Shown: positions 13,879-27,439, counted from the whole stretch's first letter. The stretch: 63,542 nt of DNA, filler included, from Folioceros fuciformis (GCA_049999805.1; 11 parts of 11 records of this genome joined end to end with filler, not necessarily neighbours in it); one strand, 5' to 3'. Notes: a model not told the origin generated them from the letters alone. Translations and numbers: made by a program.

Positions 13879-16800
13879 GTGTCTATATATGCACCCCCCC
13901 CCTGAAAAATAAGAAATAGAAAGTGGGGTAGGGGCTTAGGTAGTTGTGGACTTAGGCGAAAATCGGAGTGTTGTGACTGGGCGACGGTAGCCGGTTGGGC
14001 GACAGTTGTGGAAGGGGAACTGGCGGTAGCCCAACCAGCGGTAATAGAATGGGAACGGCCGTATAAAACCCTAAAGAGAGTCAAGAGGAAACTGGGTAGT
14101 AATCGAGGTAGGAGCATCCGCGAGTTGGAGCGGGAACGGGAGTAGCCACGGAGCGCGACGACGATCAGGAGTGGAGCGGCCGGAGAACGCCGGGTGACCA
14201 CAGGTGTAGGAGGGCAGCATCGTTCGGAGCACAGGAGGAGATCAGGCAGGATGAGGTCTCGTACAGAGTTGCTGCCAGGAGTAATGGTGCCTGAGCAGGA
14301 GGGAGAACCTTCTGTACCAAAGATTGACGTACTCCTGTGGCCCAACATGGAGCACTGAAGGGTCAGAGCCAGAGGACTGGTCGGAGAACTTGGCCTTGGG
14401 TTCATGACCTAGAGGTGCAACCATGCAGCGCCGCAACTGGTCAGGGAGTGAGCCCTGAAGTTGAGAGAGCCCGTCCGAGAAGAAGGAATCCGTGGCAGGC
14501 CCCATGAATGGAACTTGGAGCTGGTGAGGCGGGTGTATGGTCACGATCAGCAGGAGGAGGGCGGACTAGTGTTGGAGTCCTTGAAGAAACATGGCGGCAC
14601 AGTGGACGCCGAGGTGCTACTCAAACCAGGCACCAAGAAAGAAGCCAATGGGTGGCTGGTTCGCGATATGGCCAACCCCCAGCTGATGGGTCTGGCCAGA
14701 TGGTTCCTGAGTTTCCTGCAGGTTCGCAAGCAGGATTATTTGCCTGATCAGATGCTCCAGTTTGTGCACGAGGTCGTCAAGGGGAGCAAGGTGGATTGGG
14801 GGAAAATCCTATATACCAGGATAGACAAGGAGAGGCAGAATCTAACTCTTTCCTCTCCCCGGCCTTTGATGATTTCTCCCTTTCTAATTCATATCTATTG
14901 CTATGCTAACCTCATGTCTAAACTGGAGGTGCTAGCCTCATTACATATGTGGAGACCAATAAGGGATGTAAAGTGGAAGCCTGCTTGGCCTGTGGAAGTT
15001 GACTCCAGCAGCTGGGAGTCGGGTGGTGTGGACAGCTCGGAGGAGGGGACCCCCGCCAGGCAGAAGAGGAAGGCAAGGTCAGGGAAAAAGACTCCCGCCA
15101 AGAGGAGACGGGCCAGTGGCCAGATTGTTGGGAGAGGAAGTGGGTCCGCGCCACAAGAGGCAGCCCCGGAGCAGGAGCAGGAGCAGGGAGTTGCTCAAGA
15201 GCCAGCGGATCAGGAGCTAGCGGAGCAGGAGCAAAACGAGGAGGAGCCAGAACCACCTCATGAGTAGGTGCCAGAAATGGAAGTGGCCCCTCCTAAGGGT
15301 ATGAGGGAATTAGGGCACGTTCCGGAGCAAGAAGTCTTCTCAGAATGGGAAGATGTTTTTAGAAAAATTCCTCAGGTGGATAGGTTGCAGGCAGGGGAGC
15401 TGGAGAAGTTACGAGCGCTGCAGGGGAGGCAGATAACCAAGAGGGGAATGGCCCCTATGGAGTCATAGGAGGTGGATCTGCCGGGACTAACCTCAACTAT
15501 GGTGCAGGCACAAGCGGATCTGCTGGACAAGGTGGCCAGGGCGCTGACCTGGCTGAGCATGCAGGCGGAGACGGAAGCTGAGGCCCGGAGTAAGGAGGCA
15601 GAGGCAAGAGGAAAGGAGGCCAAAGCCTAGAAACAGCTGGCGGAGTCCGAGACAGCACGGCAGCTCCTGGAGGAGAAGCAGCAGGTCCTGAGTGAGGACA
15701 AGGTACAGGCGGAGGAAGAGGCGCGCCAAGCTAAGGCAGAGATAAAGGCGCTGAAGGAGCAATAGGGGTCGCTCCTAGCTCAGGTGAGGGAAGCCCATGA
15801 GACTAATATGGAAATGCAACAAGAAATGGCTAAGGCTCAAGAGTAGGAGATGGCTGCCATGGAACAAGTCCAAAAGCTGGCTGACAGGTACAAACGAGAG
15901 CGAGACAAGGCTAGGGAGCGAGTAAAAGGGAAGGGCAAGGCTGGGCACAGTAGCCGGACGGCGACGCCTGTAGCCGACGGGGCTACCGATAGTCAAGTTC
16001 CAGCACCGGTAGCTGAGCAACAATGCCGGTAGCCGACATGGCTACCGGTAGTCAAATGGCCACACCGATAGTCGAAGGGACTACCGGTAGTCTCGCGACA
16101 CCTGAGGTAGCCGAAGGGGCTACTGGTAGAGGAGGGACGACGCCGGTAGCCGAAGCCACCACCTTGGTAGCCGAAGAAGTAATGGCCGAGGCGCCTGTGC
16201 CCAGGCGTTTCAGGAGGGCGACTCGCACCAGGCGGACTGAGTCGGGGGAAGCAGCAGCGGCTGGAGGGATGGAGGACTCTCAGGTACCCCAGGAGAGCAG
16301 GGGACAGGCAGCCCGAGGTAGCCCAAGGGAGGAAGGGGTAAGCACCTCCTTTACGACAGAGGGTCAGGTTGTGCTGCAAAATGAGGAGGAGGCCTCTTAT
16401 GTGCTGGGCCTCTATGTGGAAGGAGCTCGAGTTCTGAAGCTATTTTTGTATGTACGCATGGGCACAGGAGGGACGCGCGGCTACAGCTTGCAACTGAGGA
16501 CCCGCAGGGGCCTCTACTACTACCGCTGGCGGATATGGGGACTGCCTCATTGCTATTCCGAGGCAGTCCTGGAGGAATTGACGGAGGAGGAGGCGCAGCA
16601 GTGGGTTGAGTGGGAGCCTGTACTCATCCTCAGCAATCAGCGACGGAGGGAGGAGAGGGATTCCCTGCGATGGGACCCACCTGCGCCACCGCCAGCAGCA
16701 GTGAGGTGGAGGTCCTGTGGGAGGACTTGCCTGACCAGTGGTGGGGTAGGAGGGCCAGAGGTGGGCCAGTAGGGGGAGGAGCGCGACGGCTAGGAGGAAG

Positions 16801-17818
16801 GCGCCAGCGGCAAAGAGAGAGGCGATAGTAATTGCAGTCTAGACTACTTTTTTTAGATTGTTTTTGCTGGGACCTAAGCCGCTCAGAATTTAAGAGCGCT
16901 GACTAACCCCTGACAGACTTTATGGCGGAAGAGACCGCCACTACTGTGTAAAAGAGGCCAGTTTGGGGCCTCGGAAAAATCAGCAAAAACCAGCCCAACA
17001 TTCCAACCTTGTGGAAGCCTAATGATGGCCGTTGCTGGACAAGGGGTCTAGGCAAGCGAGCGCACGTAGTGTTCTGAGGGTGTGGGTGCAAGTGGTGGAT
17101 GCTCCGTGACCGAGCTCAGGGGACGAATCGGGAGGAGAGACCTCGCCGAGTGGGAGACGGGCTCCCCAACTATCCTCAAGACGATCGCGTGGAGTAGTGA
17201 GAGTATCGGAGGCCGAATCCGTGAGTTCGAAGAGGAAGTGGAAACCCCTTACCTTAGCCTCTGGTGACCCATTATTCCTCCAAAATTCAGAGAGAAGAAG
17301 AGGCCCTGGAGGGGCGAGCCAGAGCGAGGTGTCGAGCGTCGTGAGTGGACTAAGAAATGCAAGTGTGCGAGAAAGGGTGTCGATGATCGTGTGTTGGTGA
17401 AGTAAGGAGGTGGTCTGAGTGACCGCTACTATGAGAGCTGTGAGTGGACGCGGGTCGCGAGTGTGGCGACGGCCGAAGGAAGTAGTTGTATGACTGAACG
17501 ACTGTTGCGACTGTGTGTGAGTTGGCGGTGAGTCGAAAGTTGAGCTGATGAATCGTAAATTGGAACGATGAGTGTGTTGCGCCGTGGGGGTGTGGTCGCC
17601 GCTGACAAGCGAGTGAATGGAGTAAGAGGGTGACGAGAACTTGATACAACTGTGTACTGTGACAGAATGCCGTGAAGTGAAGAGAAGTCTCTATGTGTGT
17701 GTGACTGAAGTGTAGGGACGCGCGAGTGGATGTGGGAAGTCTGACCTGGGGTTGCGAGCAAAATGCGCAATGGGTGAGAGCACGCTGATTGATTAAGAGC
17801 TGTGTGTGTGTGTGTGTG
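13879..17818 (+). repeat. Second copy of the family-B large LTR-like segment (5' part) with an internal ORF
   Basis: Starts TGTCTATATATGCACCCCCC, has TATAAAA near 14062 and ORF 14461-15267, then sequence homologous to 5470-8100. Interrupted at about 17817 by another LTR start. Confidence 0.6.
14461..15267 (+). pseudogene. Retrotransposon accessory protein (plant-transposon/Athila extra-ORF-like), continuing in frame through stops into a coiled-coil region
   Basis: NGWLVRD...VDWGKILY...ISPFLIHIY motif pattern followed by an acidic low-complexity tail and a coiled coil. Family assignment is from recall only. Confidence 0.45.
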
Positions 17819-17901
17819 TAAACCTCCAAAGTTTGGGGTAGTAATTTTTTTTGGTTGAAAAAGGGTTAATAGTGGTATGGTTTGGTTTTCTTTTTCTACT
17901 T

Positions 17902-18001
17902 NNNNNNNNNNNNNNNNNNNNNNNNNNNNNNNNNNNNNNNNNNNNTTAATTAATTAANNNNNNNNNNNNNNNNNNNNNNNNNNNNNNNNNNNNNNNNNNN
18001 N
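17902..18001. other. Artificial assembly spacer N44-TTAATTAATTAA-N44 (also 19414-19513, 29263-29362, 34447-34546, 35845-35944, 38738-38837, 41560-41659, 46251-46350, 52193-52292, 62097-62196)
   Basis: Identical 100-nt spacer with stop codons in all six frames. Confidence 0.98.
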
Positions 18002-19413
18002 GTTTGATGTGGAATTTGCCATGTGCAGGCTCATTATTGACACTCTGTTCTGGCGGCGAGAATCTTGATGATGTCGCCAGCCCTAAAGCACTCACGAGCC
18101 TCAAATGCCTCTCCTTGGGCAGGGCCTTGGTCAGTATATCTGCCACGTTCTGTTCGGTTGGCACATATTCAAGGTTGATGACGTTGTCTTCAAGCGCCTT
18201 TCGAACAAAGTGTTGTTTAACCTCAAAGTGCCATGTCCTTGCATGTGCAATTGGATTTCTCGCTATAGCAATCGCGGACTGGTTGTCGCACCACATATTT
18301 GCAGGCTCAACCTGTTTGTATCCAAATGATTCAAGCAAAATTCTCATGTGCATAACCTCTTGCATGGCCGAATTGGCAGCAGCATACTCTGCTTCTGTTG
18401 AAGAGAGCGCGACTATGGACTGTTTCTTCGAAGACCAGCTCACAAGACATCCTCCAACTTTTACATAGTAAGCTGACACAGATTTCCTTGAATCTCGGTC
18501 TGCTGCCCAGTCTGAATCTGACATGCATGTTATCCTCATTTTATGTTGTTCTTCACTCTTTTCATACAACAATCCTATATCTGACGTGCCCTTTAAATAC
18601 CTTAGGATGCGTTTTGCAGCGGACCAGTGCTGCAAGCCTGGGTTGGATAGAAACTGAGACACAACCGACGTGGCATATGATATATCGGGCCTGGTCCACT
18701 TACTCAGCCAGAGCAGGCAGCCAACAAGCATGCGGTATGGCACATCTCGCATCTCTGCTATCTCAGACTCAGTTGTAGGACTCATATCTTGTGTCAAAAA
18801 TTGCTCCCACTGCTACCAGCGTCGCTGCTGGCTTGGCTTGGGCCATGTTGAATTTTTCTAATAGCATGTTCACGTAATGTCTCTGATGTAGCCTTATGCT
18901 ACCCGACCCAGGATTAACAACAACTTGAACGCCCAAGAAGAAAGTGCAGGCACCCAGATCTGACATACTGAATTCAAAGGACAAGATGTTCTTCACTTCA
19001 TCGACCATGCTCATCGACGATCCTACAATCAACGTGTCATCCACGTAAACTGCAAGATAAGCTATCTGTCCATCTTTTTCATATATATACACGCTACCAT
19101 CTGCATCAGACAGCCTGAAGCCTACATTGATAAGAAACTTATGCAGCCTCCTGTTCCAACCTCTGGGTGACTGCTTGAGCCCATACTGGGTTTTCCGTAA
19201 CCTACACACCTTGTTTGGATGCTTGGAATCTACGTAGCCTTCAGGTTGTTCCATGTAAACCTCCTCTTCTAGAATCCCATTCAAAAAAGCCGTCTGGACA
19301 TCCATCTGGTGTACGAGGAATCCTTCTTGTGCAGCTATGGCAAACAGAGTTCTGACCGACGACGACCTGACTACTGGGGAGAAGGTCTCATTGTAGTCGA
19401 TCCCTTCTCTCTG
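18002..19413 (-). mobile_element. Ty1/copia RT-RNase H fragment
   Basis: MDVQTAFLNG, YGLKQSPRGW, VYVDD, SDSDWA, SSTEAEY, CDNQSAI, ADILTK. Confidence 0.95.
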
Positions 19414-19513
19414 NNNNNNNNNNNNNNNNNNNNNNNNNNNNNNNNNNNNNNNNNNNNTTAATTAATTAANNNNNNNNNNNNNNNNNNNNNNNNNNNNNNN
19501 NNNNNNNNNNNNN

Positions 19514-21813
19514 CTCTTGATAACTTTGTGGTTCACAACCAGGTTCGAAAGCAAGGTTAACGAAATCAACCACCACTCCATCGGCAGCTGAACCAGGAGG
19601 TCGAGGGACTTTCCAAAAGTCTTCACTGCTGTAAGGTGCCTCCTTCCAATTCTCACGTGTTCTGTGCACTCGAGTAGACCGCCGAAGAGGGGCAGGCTGG
19701 GGAATGGGCATCACATATTCGACTAGATCATCTTCGAACCACTCCGGATGTTGAATAACAGGCTGTGGAATAACTGGGGCTGGAGGTTCATCATCGTCTG
19801 ACTATACAAGTACAGGAAGCAAGACATCATCGAGATCAGCAGGTGGATCATCTAGATGTGTATCATCAGACTGGTCAGGGGGATCACCAAGGGCTTGTGG
19901 GGGAGGCACCACAGGTAAAGGGTCAGGAGTTGTAAAGGAAGGATCTGAGTCAGGAAACGTGGCAGATTCAAAAGCACTAACATCATCCTCTGGCTCGACA
20001 GGTTGGTTATCAACTTCTACAACATCAGGATCTGTGAAATCATCAAAGGAATGAGCTGGCGGTTTAAGAACAGAACGCTCATCGAAAACAATTGTCCTGG
20101 CATGTGAAACCTTTCGAGTAACAGGGTCGAACAACTTATAACCATGTATACCCGCTGTATAGCCAATGAAGATGTGACGTTTCGACTTATAGTCAAACTA
20201 GTGGCGAAGCTGATCAGGCACATGAGCATAGGCGGTACTCCCAAACACTCGGAGATGTGCCAGATCTGGTTTACACCCAGTCCACACTTCAAAGGGTGTA
20301 CAGCTGCGAAGAGATGAAACAGCAGAACGATTTTGTAGGTATGTCGCAACTTGCACTGCTTCCGCCCAGAATTTAACTGACAGTCTTCCTTGATACAGAA
20401 GAGAGCGAGCAGCATCCTGGATGGTCCTGTGACGACGCTCCGCACGTCCATTCATATCAGAGTGATATGGAATGGTGAGTTGTCTAGTTATCCCCCTCTC
20501 CTGACAATATTCCTGGAAGGCTAGGGATAAGTACTCCTTGCCATTGTCACTTCTGATACACTTCAGCTGATGTCCAGTCTGCCTTTCTGCGTATGCAAGG
20601 TACCGCTTGAAGCTGGAGAATACTTCACTCTTGTGGCGTAAAAGCTCTGTCACTGTGAAGTGTGACTTATCGTCCTCAAACACAACAAAATATTTAGCGC
20701 CTCCCCAGGAGGGTACCGACATTGGGCCACATATGTCGGTATGTACAAGGTCGAGAATATCTGTTGCCTTTCATGGTTTACCACTACCAAAATGTGACTT
20801 GAATTGCTTTCCATATACGCAGGCAACACACAACTCAAGATCAGAGAGTTCATGTTCACTGAATCCAGTTACCAGTTTTTCCCGAAGCATTCTTCTCATA
20901 GCTTGTATGTTGCGGTGACCCAAACGGCAGTGCCACTTAAAGGCACTACTGGAATGTCCGTCCTTGATATTCTGAACAGCAACATTAGCTGTAGAAGGAG
21001 GAACATCGGAGAGAAAGTCTAACAAATATAGATCAAACAGAGGAGTTCCCCTGGCAATAACCACTGTAGGATCTGATAGACGAGATATATGGCACTCAAC
21101 ACCCTCAAAGGTGATTTTGTACTGGTTCATCTTTCCTAGGGCCATTGTACTAACCAAATTCTTTGCAAGAGCTGGAACGTGAAGAGCATTCACGAGGAGT
21201 AAATAGCTGCCATCCTGTAAAGTAATCTGAATTGTTCCAGCTCCCTTGATTGGTATTGTTGAGTTATCTCCTAACACAACTACTGTTTGGTGACATGTAG
21301 GGGATTTCTCGTATGTGATGAAAGACTTCCTCTTTGAACACATATGGTTTGAGGCTCCACTATATAGGAACCACTTCTGACAGCCTTCTTTTGAAGACGT
21401 GAGGCATGCCACCAACAATCCTGGTGTTGAAGCTCTAGCGGTATGAGCTTCTGATGATCTCCCCTTTACACTGTCATCTCTAGCTTTCTTTCTGCAATCC
21501 TTCACCCAATGTCCTGGCTTACCACAGTAGTTGCAGTTTCCAGGCTTTGAGGTGAAGTTAGAGGATGGCTGACTAGGAGATGAGGAGGGAGTCATGGGGT
21601 GACCACGACCCCTGCCTAAACCTCCTCTTCCTCGCCCCCTGCCACGTCCACGCCCTCTACCCCTTCCAGAGAACAGAGCTGTATCACTCTGTTTATGAGA
21701 GGTATGAGAAGAAGAGGGGTTACTCTTCATTTGTTTCCTGTTTGCTTCGAACTGCAACAGTGCTCCAACCACCTTTTGTGTTGAGTTATCGAGCTCTATA
21801 TGAGCTAAACTCA
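19514..21813 (-). mobile_element. Ty1/copia gag C-terminus, protease and integrase; probably the same element as 18002-19413
   Basis: RGRGRG stretch, CNYCGKPGHWVKDC, WFLYSGASNHM, WHCRLGH, RSDNGKEY. Ends at EPQSYQE, just upstream of where the RT contig resumes. Confidence 0.92.
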
Positions 21814-24800
21814 TGTGGTGTTAGTTATCCCAGTTGGGTTCATACTAGACTAGTTCTAGTTATTAGTGAACTTAGGATAGTGTAGATTATCCCATATTGA
21901 ACCTGGAAGTTGTGTAGCCCTAAATGTACTACTTAAATGGAGACCTCGGACCTCCATAGTAAGACAGTGGTGATGTGTATTGTTTTCATGGTTGTGATCA
22001 CCAATACCACCCTCTCTTCTCTCCTCTCCTCTCCTACACTTGCACATAGACTGGAGTCGACCCTATTGACAGGCCGGACCCAGGCAAGCAGGAGGTCGCG
22101 CATCCAGGCTGGTGCAAGAGAATTGAACCCAGACAGGCCATGGCAGCTGAGTAGGGGGCCGAGTCGCAGCGGTCCTGCGATCCACTGGCCGGGACAGAGC
22201 CAGGTAGGGGCTGGCTGGCCGGCACGTCCTCCTTGCTAGCCGAATCTAGCCAACCCGAAGCTAGCCAAGCGGCAGTTGTGGCGGCCTGCAGGCGGATCTG
22301 CTGGCTAGCTGCCTGGCCAGATCCAGGAGGACAGGCCGGCCTGGCATGCGGTCCGGAGGGTGGCTGGGCCATCGGCAGCCCGGCTGTGCGACCAGTGGGG
22401 CTGGCCGGTTGGATGCGGCTGCGGGTGGCCGGACTGGTTGTGACTGCAGGCACGCAACCAGCAATCAAGCTGGCTAGCAAGCGGCCGGCAGGCAATCCTG
22501 CAGGTGGATCCGACCAGGCAGCCGCATGGTGCAGGCCAGTTGGCCGGAGGAGACCTTAGCCGGCAGGGCGAGGAGCAGGGGGCGTCGCTAGAGCAAGTAC
22601 CTGCCTAGCGGCTTGCGGGTGGCTCAGCGGGATCTGGGGCCAGCCAGGCGGGCTGCAGGCAGGGCTGGGGGGACGATGGATCCAGCAGCCAGGTCGACTA
22701 GCTACACCATGGCTAGTCGGCGGCTGGCTGGATCATGGCCAAAGCAGCTGGGCTGTAGGTAGGCGCGGTCACCGGGCCGGCTGCGATGGGGGCTAGAGGA
22801 AATTCAGGCCGGCAGGCGGATCAACAGCTGCTGGATCTGAAATCGGCAGGCAGCTGGCGGGGGGAAGTCCAGGCCAGGGGGAATCCTGGCAGGTGGCTGG
22901 CCCAGCAGCAGCTAGTTGAGGAGCAGGCAGCTGGTTGAGGAGCAGGCAAGGCTGTTTCATCCAGGAGGCGGGTAGAATCCGGGTCACAGGTATACCGAAT
23001 CCAGGGAAGCAATGACGGAAAAGCGGCTAAGGCGGCAGGCTGGTTGGCTCGCAAGCAGCCCGGTCGTCAGTATGGGGAATGGCAAGCAGCACCCCGCCCA
23101 GAAGATCGGGCTGCAGGCAGCCAGCAGCGGCAGTGGGTGGAGTGCAACCAGGTGGTGGGCAGGATCGATCAGGCAACAAGGCAGCCGGGGAAGCCGGGCA
23201 GTGACTTGCTGCAAGAACTAAGCAGCCAAGCACGCTGCCTCGCTAGATCCGGAAGGCAAGAGGCCGGAGTGTGGCCTCGGTGCAAGTGGCATGGCGCTGA
23301 AGGCTGACTGCGTGGGAGGAAGGGCTCCAAATGGTTGGGGCCGAATTTGGTCGGCCAAGGGATTAGAGGGGAGCACTGGCCTCCAGGTGACCGGTGCTCC
23401 GAGCAAGCGGGTGCCAAGATCAGTCTAGCAGACAGGCTGGTTGGTGGAGAATCTAAGCCTGGCCATATTGCGGGGGCTGAGCGGGCCGGGGTGGCAGGAT
23501 CCAAGCAACCATGCCGGTGGAATCCAAGCAGGAATGAGGGGCTCGGGCAGCCATGCAGGTGGTTGGATTGTGACCGGTCGACGGGCTGGCTGAATCCCAG
23601 TAGGTGGCTGGCCTAGCAACAGCTGGCTGGATCGAGGCCAGGCCTACCAAGCGGGGAGCAAGGGTGGCCCTCGTGAGACAGCTGGGGGCTGGATTCGGGA
23701 GCCACGCAGCGACCTGCGGCCTGGCTACAAGATCCTAAGCAAGAAAGTTAGCGGGATTTGGGCTGTGGTCTCAGGCGGATCCAGCGGACTGCAGATGCAA
23801 TGGAAGGTGCCTAGGCCCTGGCTGATGGTTAGCTGTCTGGATACGGGCTGCAGGGCACTAGACGAGTAGATCTACCGGGTCATGGGCCTTGGCCAACAGA
23901 ATGGAGGGAAGGGTCTGAAGACGGCGAATCTTTGAAGGATTGCAGATGATCTAAGAGAAAGGAGAGGGTCAAAGAGGGGAAAAGGGTGTCGAGAGGCACT
24001 CGTGAGTTTTGGTAGTTTGGAGAGGTTGATTAATTTTGATAAGAGCAACCAGGGCCACAAGTTGGGGTTAGGGTTAGGTCAGAGTCAGGTTAGGATTAGG
24101 TCGGAGTTAGGTTTAGGGTTTTGACAAGTGGAGGGTTCTGTCGGAGGCGGGTTGGCCTGGTTAGAGAGTGACAGGAGTTCCTGGCCAAGGGGGGATAAGA
24201 GGCCAAGCCTGTCATTGAGTGGGGGGTTTTTTTGGTGAGAGCCCCCTTGACCTTGTGTGTAGGCTGCTGGGTTAGAGGGTTAATCCAATGTGCAGATGCA
24301 CCTCGGCCTTGATTCCCATGCCACTAGGGGAACGTGGCGGCTCCCAAAATTGCTGAGATCTGGGTGGCCATATCCGCAGGGACTAATCTTTCTTGCAGGC
24401 TGGTTGGGTGGTTGGGGTACCTTGACGTCCCTAAGGGGTTTCCAAGGCGATAGATTGCAGGGCTGTGAGCCGAGGAGGCTATCCAACCTGGGTCTGCACA
24501 TCTTGGCCCCAAGGACTGCAAGTGGGGGGCTACTCTGTTCCAAAATCCAAGAGTGAGATGTGGAGGCGAAGGGTTGAAGAGCTGAAGTGCTGGGCAGAGA
24601 TTTGAAGGGCTGGAGAAGTGCTGGAGTAGGGACTTCAAGTGCTGGAGTAGAGACTTGAGATCTGGAGTTTGGAGTTTCTGTGCTGGTACTGAAGTTCTCA
24701 ATCAGCTGCTGAAGTAGCTGGCATTTAGGGCTAAGAGTGGAGGTCGAGGCCGGGGCTAGGGCCCCCTCTCAACTGCTGAGGCGGCTGATACTAGGAGCTA

Positions 24801-25142
24801 GAAGTGAGGGCTGAGGATGATGCTGAACCCTCATTCAACTGGGGTTCTGATCTTTTTGCTGTAGCGTGGTTAGGTCTAGGAGCCGGCTGACAGATAGGGT
24901 TAGATTTGGCAATGTGGGGAAGATTGTGGGGAACCTTGACACTAGTTCTCTCCCTTGGGAGTGAACCCTAGTACTACGATGATATTAAGGGGAAAGTGTG
25001 GCCCTTGGTGGTTCTTGGGGGCAAGATCCATTCCACATGCTCTCACAATAGGTGAGAATGTCTCTTGATAATCTAGTCCTTCTACCTGAGTGAATCCCCT
25101 TGTGACCAATCTGGCCTTATACCTTGTTATCTCTCCCTTACA
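21814..25142. repeat. 3.3-kb TG...CA-bounded non-coding insertion with a very GC-rich core (probable large LTR or non-autonomous element)
   Basis: Starts tgtggtgttag and ends ctcccttaca. Separates two different copia fragments. No credible ORF and no TSD seen. Confidence 0.4.
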
Positions 25143-27428
25143 TTAAGCTTTAGTTTGAATACCCACTTAGAGGAGATAAGTTTTTGGCCAGGAGGTAAGT
25201 CTACCAACATCCAGGTTTTGTTCTTCACCAGAGAGTTGTACTCTTTGTCAACAGCGAATTCCCATCTGTCCCTTTCAGATCCTGAGAATGCTTCTGTGAG
25301 GGACTTTGGTTCTAGATGTGTGGTGCTAGAGGCAGAATGACAGGTATCTGCATAGGATGTCTTGAAATCAACTGACTCATATCTTGGCTCCTTCCATTGA
25401 TATGGTGGAGAGCGATGTCGGGTTGATCGTCAAGGTAGAGGGTCTGGTTTCGCATCTGGAACAAAAGGTAATAGACCATCTCCCTCTGCTTCTCCAACAT
25501 TTATCTCTATGTCAAGATTAGGAGCTGGTGGTTGATTTGGGACTATGACATCAACAGGTTTGGGGGTTACTGGTGGTATGACAGGAGGAATAGGAGGAGG
25601 GGGTGGCTGGTTCACTGGCTGAACAAGCTGAAGAGGCGGTTGGGTCACCGGCTAACCAACTTGTGCATCTTCCTCATCATGAGATTCGTCCATTGGAAAA
25701 TGAACAATATTATCCCCTGTTGCAGGTAAAGTTACTCCCTTTGTGTCAAAAAACCCTGTTGGTTTATCAATCTCAATAAATGTAACAGAACGGACTAACA
25801 CTACCCGCCTATTCTCAGGATCATACAATTTGTAGGCTTTGGACTGTTCGCTATAGCCAACGAAGACAAGTGCTTAAGCTCTCGGATCCAGTTTCTTCCT
25901 CTTCTCCTCTGGAATGAGAGCAAAAGCACAAGAACCAAATACTCGTAAATGCAGCAAACTAGGTTTTCGTTTCCATAATGCTTCATATGGGGTCTTTGAG
26001 GGAACGGAGCTAGTTAAAAATCGATTCAGGATATATGTAGCAGCAACAATAGCTTCAGCCCAATACTCCTGAGGTAAATTTGCCCACAACAGCATACTCC
26101 TAGTTATAGCCAGCAAAGTTTGATTCTTTCGCTCTGCCACTCCGTTTTGTTGTGGTGTATAAGGGACTATGAGTTGACGCTGGATCCCCCTCTCTTGTAG
26201 GAATGTATCAAAAGCAAAGTTCAAGAATTTTGTTCCATTGTCAGTCCGGATATACTTAACGGACTGTCCTATTTGTTTTTCAGCCATCAGCAACCATTCT
26301 CAAAAGAGCTCGAAGGTGTCACTCTTCAGTCGCATTGGATATGTCCAAGTGTAGTGAGAGTAATCATCTGTGATGCATAGGTAATATATGGAACCCCCCA
26401 GAGATGGGATATGAATTTTTCCAGATATGTCTGCATGCACTAGTTCTAACACATTTTTGGCTTTGTAGGATGCTGCAACTGGAAACGGATGAGCCTTCAG
26501 TTTTGCAACAATACAAGCTTCACAGGACGGCAGATCCCTGAAAACTTGAAGTAAGGGTTCTAGGTGACACTCTTGTAGAGACATGTCTACCAATTTGCGT
26601 TTATTAACATGACCTAGCCTGGCATGCCACATGACAGCAAGGTGTTGGGGATTGTTTGGAGACTAGCTTGCCTTATGATGAAGGGCACAGATATCAAGTC
26701 TATAAAGATCATGATCAAGTGTACCTTTGAACACCAGCATGGATGGATCTGACCTTTTGTAGAAAAGACAGATTTCATTGCTAGCTTTCATGTAGCTTGC
26801 TAAGAGAAAACAAATTCTTGGCCATGGAGGGTACATAGAGAACGCCATCCAAGGTAAGAATGGATATGTCGTCAAGTGTGAACTTACACGCCCCACAGCC
26901 TAGAATAGGGAGACTGGAATGGTTCCTTTCATCTCCCAGTAGAACTCTTTTAGCCGTGTGATCAGCTTTCAACATGTAGAACTGATCCTTGTTTTTGCAA
27001 ATGTGCAACGTTACACTAGAATCTAAATACCAACCATCTTCATTACTTATGCATCTAGCAAGGCAGACTGTAAGTATCTTCACCACTGGTTTGGTGTCAC
27101 CTGTGTTCTTCTCCTTGATCACAACAATTGCAGTATTCTTAGGAGTTCTTCAAGGTTCTCCTGCCTTCTTCTTCTTGCATTCTCGAGCACAGTGACCAGC
27201 TATGCCACACCAGTTGCAATTTCTAGGTTGTTTTGATGGGCAAGAAAAATCAGAAGTTTGCGCAGGTTTACCTCCTGCCTTGCCCTTTCCTTTGAATGTC
27301 CTATGAATTGTTGCTAATGCCTTCTCTATTCTGCTCTTAGGAGCTCCCATCGAAAACATTCTACTTTGCTCTTCCTGGTACAAGGCACTGAGTCCTTCTC
27401 CAGCTAGAACACACATGTCTAGCACCAT
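25143..27428 (-). mobile_element. Degenerate Ty1/copia (zinc knuckle, protease, integrase, start of RT), related to the 1-4147 family
   Basis: CNWCGIAGHCAREC, WYLDSS, WHARLGHVN, LVHADISG, RTDNGT, PQQNGVAERKN. Confidence 0.9.
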
Positions 27429-27439
27429 GTTGTAGTTTC

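Noticed and set aside
17902-18001. Recurrent TTAATTAATTAA motif flanked by Ns
   Set aside because: Artificial contig spacer. ORFs running into it, and gene neighbourhoods across it, are artefacts.
22034-23650. Many overlapping Pro/Ala/Gly-rich ORFs (also at 33002-34092)
   Set aside because: Expected by chance in GC-rich sequence; no recognisable domains.
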